DNA of 64,000 nucleotides from an uncultured Bacillota bacterium (lineage in GTDB: Bacteria > Bacillota > Dehalobacteriia > UBA7702). The position numbers and the translations under genes are program-made. Below the pieces are notes generated by a model, which made no database searches, was not told the origin of the DNA, and worked only from the letters and a program-made list of their open reading frames with translations. This document shows, in pieces, positions 26,186-35,036 of this stretch (positions within the stretch are counted from its first letter, which is position 1; each line of letters opens with the position of its first letter). The DNA is taken from contig CADBQN010000037.1 in NCBI GenBank assembly GCA_902796855.1, positions 761 through 64,760 of the forward strand. Reading direction: 5' to 3'.

Positions 26186-26839
26186 GTGAGCGAAAACGCC
26201 AAACAGAACAATTACGAAAAGACCCTGCTTCGGGCCGAAAAGGAATTTACCGCCTTCGATCAGGATGAGATCATCGCCGCCTCAAACCTCCGGGCCGACG
26301 ACGACTACGTCTACGTGACCTTTTTCTACGCCCCCTACCGCGTCGACCGGAAGACCGGCCGTGTAGAGGCCATAGAGGCCGACGGCTCCTGCCGCCACGC
26401 CACCTTCAACGAGGGCATGTCGATTTTGGACGCCATCTGCGAACCGCCGCCCTTCCGCTGCCTCAGCGGCGATCTGGTGGACATCGGCTACTTCAACAAC
26501 GTCAATTTCAACATGAACAAGAGCCACATCCGCTACTGCCAGTTCTTCCTCGATCATCAGCAGCGCTTTCAGGAAGTCTGCGCCGAGCTGGGAGCCAAGC
26601 CCTACGGCCGCTGCGACGTCGGCTTTCTCTTCGATCTCTTTGACTTCCTGCCCGTGGCGATCCAGCTTTGGGAGGGGGAAGAAGGAATCCCCCCGGCGAT
26701 GCGCTTTCTCTGGGACCGCAACACCAAGGATTTCCTCCGCTTTGAGACGATGTTCTACGCCCTTGGCCATGTCCTGCGGACACTGACCATCGCCGTCGGT
26801 GGGGATGAAGTGGAAGAAGTACTGAACTACTGGGTCTGA
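26186..26839 (+). CDS. DUF3786-like protein
   Basis: GTG start after AAAGGAG; C-terminal LPVAIQLWEGEEGIPPAMRFLWDRN matches the recalled family pattern. Confidence 0.7.
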   Translation: MSENAKQNNYEKTLLRAEKEFTAFDQDEIIAASNLRADDDYVYVTFFYAPYRVDRKTGRVEAIEADGSCRHATFNEGMSILDAICEPPPFRCLSGDLVDIGYFNNVNFNMNKSHIRYCQFFLDHQQRFQEVCAELGAKPYGRCDVGFLFDLFDFLPVAIQLWEGEEGIPPAMRFLWDRNTKDFLRFETMFYALGHVLRTLTIAVGGDEVEEVLNYWV

Positions 26840-26857
26840 CCGGCCGCCGCGCCGCCC

Positions 26858-26885
26858 AACCGCGCCCGCCGAAGGCGCGGTTTTT
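26858..26885 (+). terminator. Intrinsic terminator
   Basis: AACCGCGCC-CGCCGAA-GGCGCGGTT followed by a T run; near-identical to the one at 14248. Confidence 0.75.
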
Positions 26886-26994
26886 CCTTTGGGGCGCTGT
26901 ACTTTTCCGTTTTTGCGGACTTCGCCCCAAACCCTTGACTTTTTCACAGCCATGAGGTATGTTAAAAACACAAAGGAAAAAGGAGAGTGACCCG

Positions 26995-27963
26995 ATGAAG
27001 AGAATGGTGAACATGACGACCAGCTGCGATGACCTCGACCGCTTTGAAAAGCGCGAAGATATGCTGAATCTCATCGAAGGTTTTGACGGCGTGGAGCTGA
27101 TGTACTTCGGCGAGGATGAGCGGGAGATCATCCCCCATGAGCGCATCATCGGCTACCACATGAGCTATTACCCCTATTGGTTCGATTTTTGGCGGGGCGA
27201 TACGGAAGCCGTGCTGAAGGAATTCGACACCAAGGAAAATTACGTCCGCTACTACGGCGGCGAGGACAAAGACGCCATCATCCGCCGCTTTAAAAAGGAA
27301 ATGGCAAACGCCCACCGCTACGGCGCGGAATACGCCGTGTTCCACGTCTCCGACGCCACCATCGAGGAGTCCTTTACCTGGAACTACCGGCACGGCTCCG
27401 CCGAAGTGCTGGAAGCCACGGCGGAAATCCTCAACGAGGTCTTTCGGGACGAGGACGGTTCCGTCGCCCTGCTGATGGAGAACCTATGGCAGCCGGGGCT
27501 GACGATGACGGACCCCGCCATGACAAAGCTCCTGCTGGACGCCGTGGATTACGAAAACAAAGGGATCATGCTGGATACCGGGCATCTGCTCCACACCAAT
27601 CTGGAGCTCCGCACCGAGGAACAGGGCGTGGCCTACATCAACGAAATGCTGGACCGCCACGGCGATCTGATCAAAAACATCCGCGGCATCCACCTGAACC
27701 AATCCCTCACCGGGGAATACTGCCAAAAGACCATCGCGAACCCGCCGACCATGGGCAAGACCTTTGAGGAGCGCTACATCCAAATGTTCACCCACGCCTT
27801 TGCCGTGGATGGGCACCGCCCCTTCACCTGCCCCGGCGTGGATCGGCTCATTGAGCGGATCGCCCCGGAATACCTGACCTTTGAGTTCATCACCGACAAC
27901 AACGAGCAGCACCGCGGTTTTCTCGCCGCCCAGAAGGAAGCGCTGAAGGACTTGAAACTGTAA
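26995..27963 (+). CDS. AP endonuclease 2 / xylose isomerase-like TIM barrel protein
   Basis: GVELM, AVFHVS, LMENLW, MLDTGH, GIHLN, TFEF metal-binding pattern. Confidence 0.8.
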   Translation: MKRMVNMTTSCDDLDRFEKREDMLNLIEGFDGVELMYFGEDEREIIPHERIIGYHMSYYPYWFDFWRGDTEAVLKEFDTKENYVRYYGGEDKDAIIRRFKKEMANAHRYGAEYAVFHVSDATIEESFTWNYRHGSAEVLEATAEILNEVFRDEDGSVALLMENLWQPGLTMTDPAMTKLLLDAVDYENKGIMLDTGHLLHTNLELRTEEQGVAYINEMLDRHGDLIKNIRGIHLNQSLTGEYCQKTIANPPTMGKTFEERYIQMFTHAFAVDGHRPFTCPGVDRLIERIAPEYLTFEFITDNNEQHRGFLAAQKEALKDLKL

Positions 27964-28042
27964 AAAAAGATAAAAAAAGGACGCCCCAACGGTCTGTGCC
28001 AAGACCCGGCGGGACGCCCTTTTTTTCTGTTCAGCGGTTATT

Positions 28043-28696
28043 TTACTCAAATTCCGCGCGGTCATTCGCCGCGAAGTAGTTCACGGCCTCGATGATCAGA
28101 TCCGCCGTGGGCCTCAGTCCCAGCCGCCCCGAATCGAGGATCAGATCGAAGCTGCCGGCGCTCCCCCAGGTACGGTCGGTGTGGGCTTCGTAGTAGGCGG
28201 CGCGGATCTTGTCGGTGCGCCGGATCAGCTTTTTCGCCTCCGACGGCGAAATATCGTAGAGCCGCTCGGCCCGGGCCATCCGCTTTTCCATATCCGCCCG
28301 GATGAAAACGGAGAGCACGTCATCGCGGTCGCTCAGGACGTAATCGGCGCAGCGGCCGATGAGGACGCAGGGCCCTTCCTCGGCGAAGCGGCGGATCTCG
28401 GCGAACTGCGCTTCGGCGATGGAATCGTGGAGCGGCTGCACGAGGGCGGGATCATAAGTATACCAGCCGTAGCCGTACTGATAGCCGGAGAAATTCCGCC
28501 ACATGCTGTTGGAACGCTCATCATATTTTTCCACCAATTCTTTATCAACGTGGAGCTTTTCCGCGGTTTTATCGAGGATCGTCTTGTTATAGCAGGGAAT
28601 CCCGAAATGATCGGCGACCATATGACCGATATCGGCGCCGCCGCTGCAGAATTCTCTGCCGATGGTGATGATTTTGGATTTGGACATCATTTCCAT
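28043..28696 (-). CDS. Cytidylate kinase-like family protein
   Basis: IITIGREFCSGG, CVLIGRCADYVL, DKIRAAYY. Confidence 0.88.
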   Translation of the reverse strand: MEMMSKSKIITIGREFCSGGADIGHMVADHFGIPCYNKTILDKTAEKLHVDKELVEKYDERSNSMWRNFSGYQYGYGWYTYDPALVQPLHDSIAEAQFAEIRRFAEEGPCVLIGRCADYVLSDRDDVLSVFIRADMEKRMARAERLYDISPSEAKKLIRRTDKIRAAYYEAHTDRTWGSAGSFDLILDSGRLGLRPTADLIIEAVNYFAANDRAEFE

Positions 28697-28787
28697 GATC
28701 GCGCCTCCCGTCTTTTGATGATTCCATTGTACCACAAAACGAAAACGGTTTCAAAAGAAAATCGGGCCGCGGCCCGATTTTCTTTTC

Positions 28788-29063
28788 TTATAACTGTATT
28801 TCTTCTTCTTTGACGCGCCTGTCCTCCAGGACCTCATACAAAGTATCGGCCTCGGCGGCGCGGACAGTCTCCCGCAGCTCCGCCACGCGGATCTTCAGCC
28901 GGCGGCTGCCCATGGACACGGTGACGGTGTCCCCTACCTTCAGCTCCTTCCCGGCTTTGGCCGGGAGGTCGTTGACGAGGATCTTTCCCGCCTCGCAGAT
29001 CTCTTTTGCCACGGTGCGCCGCTTGATGACGCGGCTCACCTTCAAAAACTTATCCAGTCGCAT
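28788..29063 (-). CDS. yabO: S4-domain RNA-binding protein YabO/RqcP
   Basis: MRLDKFLKVSRVIKRRTVAKE; conserved mazG-hup-yabO order. Confidence 0.92.
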   Translation of the reverse strand: MRLDKFLKVSRVIKRRTVAKEICEAGKILVNDLPAKAGKELKVGDTVTVSMGSRRLKIRVAELRETVRAAEADTLYEVLEDRRVKEEEIQL

Positions 29064-29093
29064 CGGTCTTCCCTCTTCCTCACGGGGTCTTCC

Positions 29094-29366
29094 TCAGCGG
29101 AGCGCCTCTTTCAGATTCTTCCCGCAGCGAAAGACCACGGTCTTCCCGGCGGGGATCGTCAGCGCCTCGCCGGTGCGGGGGTCTCGGCCCCGGCGCGCCG
29201 CCCTTGACCGGGGCTCAAAAGCGCCAAAACCGATGAACCGCACCGTTTCCCCGGCGGCCAGCGCTGAGGTCAGCGTTTCGCCCAGGGCGATGAGGAACAG
29301 CTCCGTATCTTTTTTGGTCGCGCCGCGCCGCTTCGCGACGTCGGCGATGACTTCCTGTTTCGTCAT
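29094..29366 (-). CDS. hup: HU family DNA-binding protein
   Basis: MTKQEVI..GFGAF..RAARRGRDPRTGE. Confidence 0.93.
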   Translation of the reverse strand: MTKQEVIADVAKRRGATKKDTELFLIALGETLTSALAAGETVRFIGFGAFEPRSRAARRGRDPRTGEALTIPAGKTVVFRCGKNLKEALR

Positions 29367-29435
29367 AAAAAAACAGCCTCCTTTTTTAGCTTCCTTACAA
29401 AGTCTGCCCTGCGGAGGCTGTTCTTATGTATGGTC

Positions 29436-30239
29436 TTATTCTTCTTCCGCCTTGATTTCTTCCCAATAGCGGTCCATTTCCGCTAAACTCATGGCGGAGA
29501 GGTCTTTGCCGTCGGCGGCAATGCGGTCCTCCATGGCGTAAAAGCGGCGGCGGAATTTTTCGGTGCTCTCCCGGAGCGCCTCTTCGGCGTCGACCCGGAA
29601 AAAGCGGCTCCAGTTCACAACGGCAAAGAGCAGATCGCCGATTTCATCCTGGACCGCGGCTTTGTCGCCTTTGGCGGCGGCCTCGCGGACCTCGCCGATC
29701 TCTTCCAGCACTTTTTCCTTTACCTCGTCGCTCTCGTCCCAGTCAAAGCCGACGTCGGCGGCTTTTTTCTGTACCTTTTCGGCGCGGTAGAGCGCCGGAA
29801 ACGTGGCGGGGATGTCGAGGCGGCGGCTCACTTTGCCCTTGTCCTTTTTTTCCTCCTCCTTGATGGCGGCCCAGTTGACAAGCACCTCGTCGGAGGTGTC
29901 GCAGTGGATGTCGCCGAAAACGTGGGGATGGCGGCGCACCATCTTCTCGCTGATGCCGTCGGCAACGTCGGCAAAATTAAACACGCCCCGTTCCCGGCCG
30001 ATTTCGGCGTGGAAAACGACCTGGAGCAGCAAGTCGCCTAATTCCTCGGCGAGATCGTCGTCATCCTCGCGGTCGATGGCGTCGATGACCTCATAGGATT
30101 CCTCGATGAGGTATTTTCTCAGGGAGACATGATCCTGCTCCTTATCCCAGGGGCAGCCGTTCTCCGAGCGGAGCTTCTCCATCACCGTGAGCAGACGGCT
30201 CATCGCCGACGTGTTTCGTTCCATTTCTTCTTTGGTCAT
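29436..30239 (-). CDS. mazG: Nucleoside triphosphate pyrophosphohydrolase MazG
   Basis: GCPWDKEQ, EELGDLLLQVVFH, RRHPHVF, EIGDLLF. Confidence 0.95.
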   Translation of the reverse strand: MTKEEMERNTSAMSRLLTVMEKLRSENGCPWDKEQDHVSLRKYLIEESYEVIDAIDREDDDDLAEELGDLLLQVVFHAEIGRERGVFNFADVADGISEKMVRRHPHVFGDIHCDTSDEVLVNWAAIKEEEKKDKGKVSRRLDIPATFPALYRAEKVQKKAADVGFDWDESDEVKEKVLEEIGEVREAAAKGDKAAVQDEIGDLLFAVVNWSRFFRVDAEEALRESTEKFRRRFYAMEDRIAADGKDLSAMSLAEMDRYWEEIKAEEE

Positions 30240-30261
30240 ATCGTTTTATTCCTTTTTTCTT

Positions 30262-31602
30262 CTATTCGTTTTCGTCCCCGTTCCGGGTCATCAGTTCCAG
30301 CAGCTCCTGATTTTGGACGCGGAGCTGCTGCATCTGATGGAGCCTGGTGAGGATCGTGGCGGCCTGGGCGCGGGTGGCGTTGTCCAGCGGCGAAAAAGCG
30401 CCGCCGCCGGTGCCGTTCATCACGCCTTTTTCCGTCACCGAGGCCACGGCTCCCTTCGCCCAGTGGTGGATATCGGCTTCGTCGGTGTAGCTGACCTGGG
30501 GCTGGTCGCCGACGTGGAAACCGATGAATTTCATGTAGTTGACGATCATCACCGCCGCCTGTTCCCTGGTAACGTAATCATCGGGGCCGAACCTGCCGCC
30601 GCCGTAGCCGGAAACGATGCCGTTCTCGGCGGCCCAGGCCACGGCGTCGCTGTAATATTTGCCCAAAGCGACGTCGTCAAAGGGCGTTTCCTTCGCCGCG
30701 GGGATGCTCTCCCCGGACATACGGCAGAGCACCGTGGCGAACATCGCCCGGGTCATCGGGTATTCGGGGCCGAATTTATCCTCGCTGAACCCCAGCATCA
30801 GACCGTTTTCCTTGACGTAGCAGATGTATTCATAGGCCCAGTGCTCCGAAAGCTTCGTTTCGTCGTAGGCGTAGGGATCCACCGGTTCCGGCGGACCGAG
30901 GTCGACGCCGTCGGCGGGAGCGTTCGTATAGGTGCGTCCGTCCGCCATTTCAATGCCCTTGCGGCGGAAGAGCTCGCTGACGGTGACAAAGGTATAGCCC
31001 TGGCTTTGCAGCTCGTCGATGGCGGCGACGGAGCCCTTCACCGACGTGGGGTGGATATCGTGGACGAGAATGATGGAGCCTTCCCTGGCGGCGCTGACGA
31101 TGTTCCGCTTCACGGTGGCGGCATCGCGGTATTTCCAGTCCAGTGGATCCACGGACCAAAGGATGATCTTGCGCCCGGCCATGCTCTTCTGAGAGGCGGA
31201 GATACTGCCGTAAGGCGGGCGGAGCATCAGTTTGCCGACATCCTCACCGACGGCGCTGTCAATGGCGTTTTCCGTGGATTCCAGCTGATTGAAGAAAGCG
31301 CTCTGCCCCAGGGTGGTGAGTTTTGGGTGGTTCCAGGTGTGGTTGGCAAGCTGGTGGCCTTCTTCGTATTCCCGCTTCACCACGGCGGGATATTTCTGGA
31401 CGCAGGTGCCGACGAGGAAGAACGTGGCTTTGACGTTGCGGACCGCTAAAGCGTCCAGGAGTTCGTTGGTATAGGCGCCGGGGCCGTCATCGTAGGTGAT
31501 GGCGATGAGCTTCTCAGCGGCGGCGACGCTGCGCGGCGCTGCGGCGGTTCCGGTTAGAGCCAGCGCGGCCGCGAGTACGATTATGAGCAGTGTTTTTTTC
31601 AT
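30262..31602 (-). CDS. Polysaccharide (NodB) deacetylase with three SLH domains
   Basis: Signal peptide, TYDDGP, NHTWNHP, RPPYG, LVHD; SLH repeats FGPEYPMTRA/FGPDDYVTRE/FSPLDNATRA. Confidence 0.92.
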   Translation of the reverse strand: MKKTLLIIVLAAALALTGTAAAPRSVAAAEKLIAITYDDGPGAYTNELLDALAVRNVKATFFLVGTCVQKYPAVVKREYEEGHQLANHTWNHPKLTTLGQSAFFNQLESTENAIDSAVGEDVGKLMLRPPYGSISASQKSMAGRKIILWSVDPLDWKYRDAATVKRNIVSAAREGSIILVHDIHPTSVKGSVAAIDELQSQGYTFVTVSELFRRKGIEMADGRTYTNAPADGVDLGPPEPVDPYAYDETKLSEHWAYEYICYVKENGLMLGFSEDKFGPEYPMTRAMFATVLCRMSGESIPAAKETPFDDVALGKYYSDAVAWAAENGIVSGYGGGRFGPDDYVTREQAAVMIVNYMKFIGFHVGDQPQVSYTDEADIHHWAKGAVASVTEKGVMNGTGGGAFSPLDNATRAQAATILTRLHQMQQLRVQNQELLELMTRNGDENE

Positions 31603-32725
31603 TTGAACGTTCCTTTCCGGCGCGGACATCAAATCTTGAGCGGTTTCGGTTCCCGGCGGTCCGGGCGGCGGCAGCCGTGCCGTTCCTGCCGAGGTGACGG
31701 ACAATCCCCACGGCGGAGACGATGATCACACAGCCGCAGAAAATCAGATAAGCCCAGGGAAAACCTTCTTCCTCATCGTTTTCCCCCGTTTTGGCGCTGT
31801 CTTTCGCCGTTTCCTCCGTCTTCGTCTGATCCTTCGTTTCCTCCGTATCGGCGCTGTCCGCGGCGGGAGCGGCGGCGCCGTTCTTCATCGCCGCCTGTTC
31901 TTCCGCGCTCAGCGGGCCGAGATCCACACCGTTATACTCGGCGTTCATATAAATCTTGCCGGCTTCCAGCGTTTCGCCCTTACGGCGGAAGAGCTCGCTG
32001 ACGGTGACAAAGGTATAGCCCTCGTCCATCAGCTCATCGAGGGTGGCGACACAGCCGTCGACGGAGGTGTCGTAGAGATCGTGCATCAGGATGATGGCGC
32101 CGTCGGCGGCCTGGGCGCGGATCCGCGAGGCCACGGCGTCGGCGTTGCGCGATTTCCAGTCCAGCGTATCCACGGACCAGAGGATCAGCGGCACGTCCAC
32201 GGCGGCGCAGACGGCTTCGTTGGCGCTGCCCCCGGGGGGACGCAGCAGCGTTTTGCCGATGTCGGTGCCGATAACGTTGGAGATGGCCTCGTTGGTGCGG
32301 TTGACCTGGTCGTTGATCGTGGCGGCGTCACCGCCGGTGAGGGTGAAATGGGTATACGTGTGGTTGGCGATTTCGTGGCCTTCATCGTATTCCCTTTTGA
32401 TCAGATCGCTGAATTCTTCAATCCGCTCACCGACAACGAAGAACGTGGCTTTGATGTTTCGGGCTTTCAGTTCGTCCAAAAGCTTTTCCGTATTGGCGCT
32501 GGGCCCGTCGTCAAAGGTCAGGGCCATGAGGCCGCCTTTGATTTTCACCGAGGAGGTCTCCCCGGCGGCCTTCAGCTCCTGCGCCTTGGCGGCGGCGTTT
32601 TCCTTGCCCGCGGCGACGGTATCGGCGAAGGAGGTGCCTCCTTCCCCGGCGCCGAGAACGGGCAGGGCGTATATCATCAGCGAAACAGCGATCACGGACA
32701 GGATCGCGACGATTTTTCTTTTCAT
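31514..32725 (-). CDS. Polysaccharide (NodB) deacetylase with C-terminal membrane anchor
   Basis: TFDDGP, NHTYTH, RPPGG, LMHD; acidic linker then TM FPWAYLIFCGCVIIVSAVGIV. Confidence 0.9.
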   Translation of the reverse strand: MKRKIVAILSVIAVSLMIYALPVLGAGEGGTSFADTVAAGKENAAAKAQELKAAGETSSVKIKGGLMALTFDDGPSANTEKLLDELKARNIKATFFVVGERIEEFSDLIKREYDEGHEIANHTYTHFTLTGGDAATINDQVNRTNEAISNVIGTDIGKTLLRPPGGSANEAVCAAVDVPLILWSVDTLDWKSRNADAVASRIRAQAADGAIILMHDLYDTSVDGCVATLDELMDEGYTFVTVSELFRRKGETLEAGKIYMNAEYNGVDLGPLSAEEQAAMKNGAAAPAADSADTEETKDQTKTEETAKDSAKTGENDEEEGFPWAYLIFCGCVIIVSAVGIVRHLGRNGTAAAARTAGNRNRSRFDVRAGKERSNEKNTAHNRTRGRAGSNRNRRSAAQRRRR

Positions 32726-33744
32726 GATACCGGACTCTTTTTCTGTGCAGATTTCGGGCAGATCAGCCCGATGAGGAAGCCGTAGACCCCGTGGAAGGCA
32801 CGGCGGTAGAGCGGCGTGGAGAACACGGCGACCAGGAGGACGCAGAGGGAAAGAACAACGGCGTATTCCGCGCCGTGGGGCAGGGAGACAGCGGCAAAGA
32901 GCATGTCGCAGAGGATCAGGAAATAGGTGTGCGAAAGGTAGAGCGGCAGCGTATCGCCGCCGATATAGGCGAGGAAGTTCTTTTTCGCCGGCATGGCGGC
33001 AAGAACGAGGCCGCCGGTGAGCACCGCCATGGCAAGGGCGCCGTAATAGAGACCGAGGCCCAGCCAGACGCTGTCGAAGGACGCCATGTTCATGGTGTGC
33101 AGCAAAAGGCTCTTCGCGCCGCCGTAGGAGAGGATCCCCGCTTTCATCAGCATGACCGTGGCAGCGTAGATCGCCGCGAGGAGCGCGATTGCCAGAGGCC
33201 GCGGCAGACGCCGTACTTTGGCGACGTGCTCCGGTCCCGCGCAGTAGCCCAGCAGAAAGAAGAAGAGGAAACCGACGGTCTTATTGATCGCCAGCACCAG
33301 CTCAGCGTCGCTCAGAAACATGATCAGCGGCGAGACGAGAAAGGAGATCAGCAGAATATGCGGGATCCGGATCAGGTCTTTCAGGAACAGCCGCCAGAAA
33401 AACAGCGCCACGATGTACCAGATGGCGTAGCCGGGGTCGAGAAAATGGCGGATGTAGTGGACGCTGCCGTTGGTGAGATATTTGAAGATCACCCAGAAGA
33501 CCTGGGCGACGACGTAGACGAGAAACAGGTTCCGAAACGCCGTTTCCCGGCACTTTTCGACATTCTTTGAGAAAAAGCCGGAAATAAAGATGAACAGCGG
33601 CATATGGAAATAGTAGATGAACACTACAAGGGACCGGGGGATGAGATCCTGTTTCGCGATACAGCAGCCCAGCAGGTGACAGAGGACGACGGTAATGATC
33701 AGCAGGCCTTTTACGTTGTCATACAGATAATCTCGTTCCGACAT
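32722..33744 (-). CDS. Acyltransferase-3 family membrane protein
   Basis: DNVKGLLI..H, IYYFHMPLFIFISGFF, WYI, LYLSH. Confidence 0.9.
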   Translation of the reverse strand: MSERDYLYDNVKGLLIITVVLCHLLGCCIAKQDLIPRSLVVFIYYFHMPLFIFISGFFSKNVEKCRETAFRNLFLVYVVAQVFWVIFKYLTNGSVHYIRHFLDPGYAIWYIVALFFWRLFLKDLIRIPHILLISFLVSPLIMFLSDAELVLAINKTVGFLFFFLLGYCAGPEHVAKVRRLPRPLAIALLAAIYAATVMLMKAGILSYGGAKSLLLHTMNMASFDSVWLGLGLYYGALAMAVLTGGLVLAAMPAKKNFLAYIGGDTLPLYLSHTYFLILCDMLFAAVSLPHGAEYAVVLSLCVLLVAVFSTPLYRRAFHGVYGFLIGLICPKSAQKKSPVS

Positions 33745-33911
33745 AGCGACTCCTTGCGGCGGCGCGGCGTTCCCGCCGCGAAATAGGGATAGCCCTTCTT
33801 ACCATTATATAAAAAACGGCACGTTTTTACAATTGATTTTATCAATATTTAATAAAAAAAACAAAACGGATCCCGCGGGGCGGTTTCCACCGCGAAAGCC
33901 CCGGCGCGGCG

Positions 33912-34895
33912 TCAGCGAAGACCTTCGCCCCGAACGGGAGCCGCGGCGTCATGCTTCGCGAAGAACGACACCGTTTCCCCGAAGCAGAGATCGGGATCGG
34001 TATAGAAGCACTTGCCGTGGGCGGCGCCGCCGACAAAGACCAGCTCCTTTTCGCCGCCGCTGGCGGCGTAGTTCCGCCGGGTCATCGCCGTGGGGACAAA
34101 ATCATCGTCGAGACCGTGAAAGAACAGAACGGGATAACGGTTCTTCGGCAGCAGCGCCTCGGTGGTGGGAGCGTCGATATCGAAGCCGCAGCGGCGGCGG
34201 ATGTGCTCCCGATACACCGCGGCGACGGTCTTTTCGCCAAAGCGGAGCCGCTTTTTGATGAGGTGCTCCATTTCCTCCCGGGCCCCGGTAAAGCCGCAGT
34301 CGGCGATAATACCACGCAGGGAAGCGGGGAGTTCCTCCACGGAAGCCGCCCGAAGCACCGTCGTGCTCCCCATCGAAAGTCCCCAAAGGTACAGCGGCAG
34401 GCCGGGGAACTCCGCCGCCGCGGAAGCCGCCCAAAGGGCGCAGTCCTCCGCCTCTTTAATACCGTAGGTGATATAGTCGCCGCCGCTCTTGCCGTGGGCG
34501 CGCTCGTCGGCAAACAGCAGCGCGCAGCCCATTTCAAGCAGCGGCTTCACCAGCACGGCGAAGTCCTTCATCCAGGAGGAGCGCCAGCCGTGCATCAGAA
34601 CGACAACCCGTTTCGGCTCCCGGGGAACGAACAGCTCCGCCCGGAGCAGCAGGCCGTCGCCGCTGCGGAGCGTCCGCCGCCGCCGGGGAAGGTCGTCGAT
34701 TTCCCGTTCCAGCGCGGTGACGACGGGGCCGTAAACGTCGTCGCCCTGTTCCTTCGCGAGGAGCCGCCGGATCGGTCCGGGGATCCGCGGCGGTTCCCGG
34801 CAGACAGCCATTTCAAAAAAATAACGGTAGACCCACGCGGCGGCGATCCCGCCGGCGGCGGCGCCGGTCAAAAGCGCTTTTTTCACGGTCAGCAC
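33912..34895 (-). CDS. Alpha/beta hydrolase
   Basis: HGW, DERAHGKS, GLSMG nucleophile, HGLDDDFVP, GAAHG. Confidence 0.9.
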   Translation of the reverse strand: MLTVKKALLTGAAAGGIAAAWVYRYFFEMAVCREPPRIPGPIRRLLAKEQGDDVYGPVVTALEREIDDLPRRRRTLRSGDGLLLRAELFVPREPKRVVVLMHGWRSSWMKDFAVLVKPLLEMGCALLFADERAHGKSGGDYITYGIKEAEDCALWAASAAAEFPGLPLYLWGLSMGSTTVLRAASVEELPASLRGIIADCGFTGAREEMEHLIKKRLRFGEKTVAAVYREHIRRRCGFDIDAPTTEALLPKNRYPVLFFHGLDDDFVPTAMTRRNYAASGGEKELVFVGGAAHGKCFYTDPDLCFGETVSFFAKHDAAAPVRGEGLR

Positions 34896-34993
34896 CTCCT
34901 TTTTCTCCTCTCAGTTTAGCACAGGGAAGCCGAAAAGAAAAGCGGCGATCGCTTCTTTCCGAAAGACTTCACCTTTTGGACACTTCAAAAAAA

Positions 34994-35021
34994 GGGGACG
35001 GTTCCAAAAAGGAACCGTCCC
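34994..35021. repeat. REP-like inverted repeat / terminator after ppdK
   Basis: GGGACGGTTCC-AAAAA-GGAACCGTCCC with a minus-strand U-tract. Confidence 0.6.
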
Positions 35022-35036
35022 GCAGAAAACCGTTTC

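Noticed and set aside
13687-30264. Other TAG stops (comEA, 21190, 30262) as pyrrolysine sites
   Set aside because: They fall at apparent natural C-termini with no recognisable domain continuing beyond.
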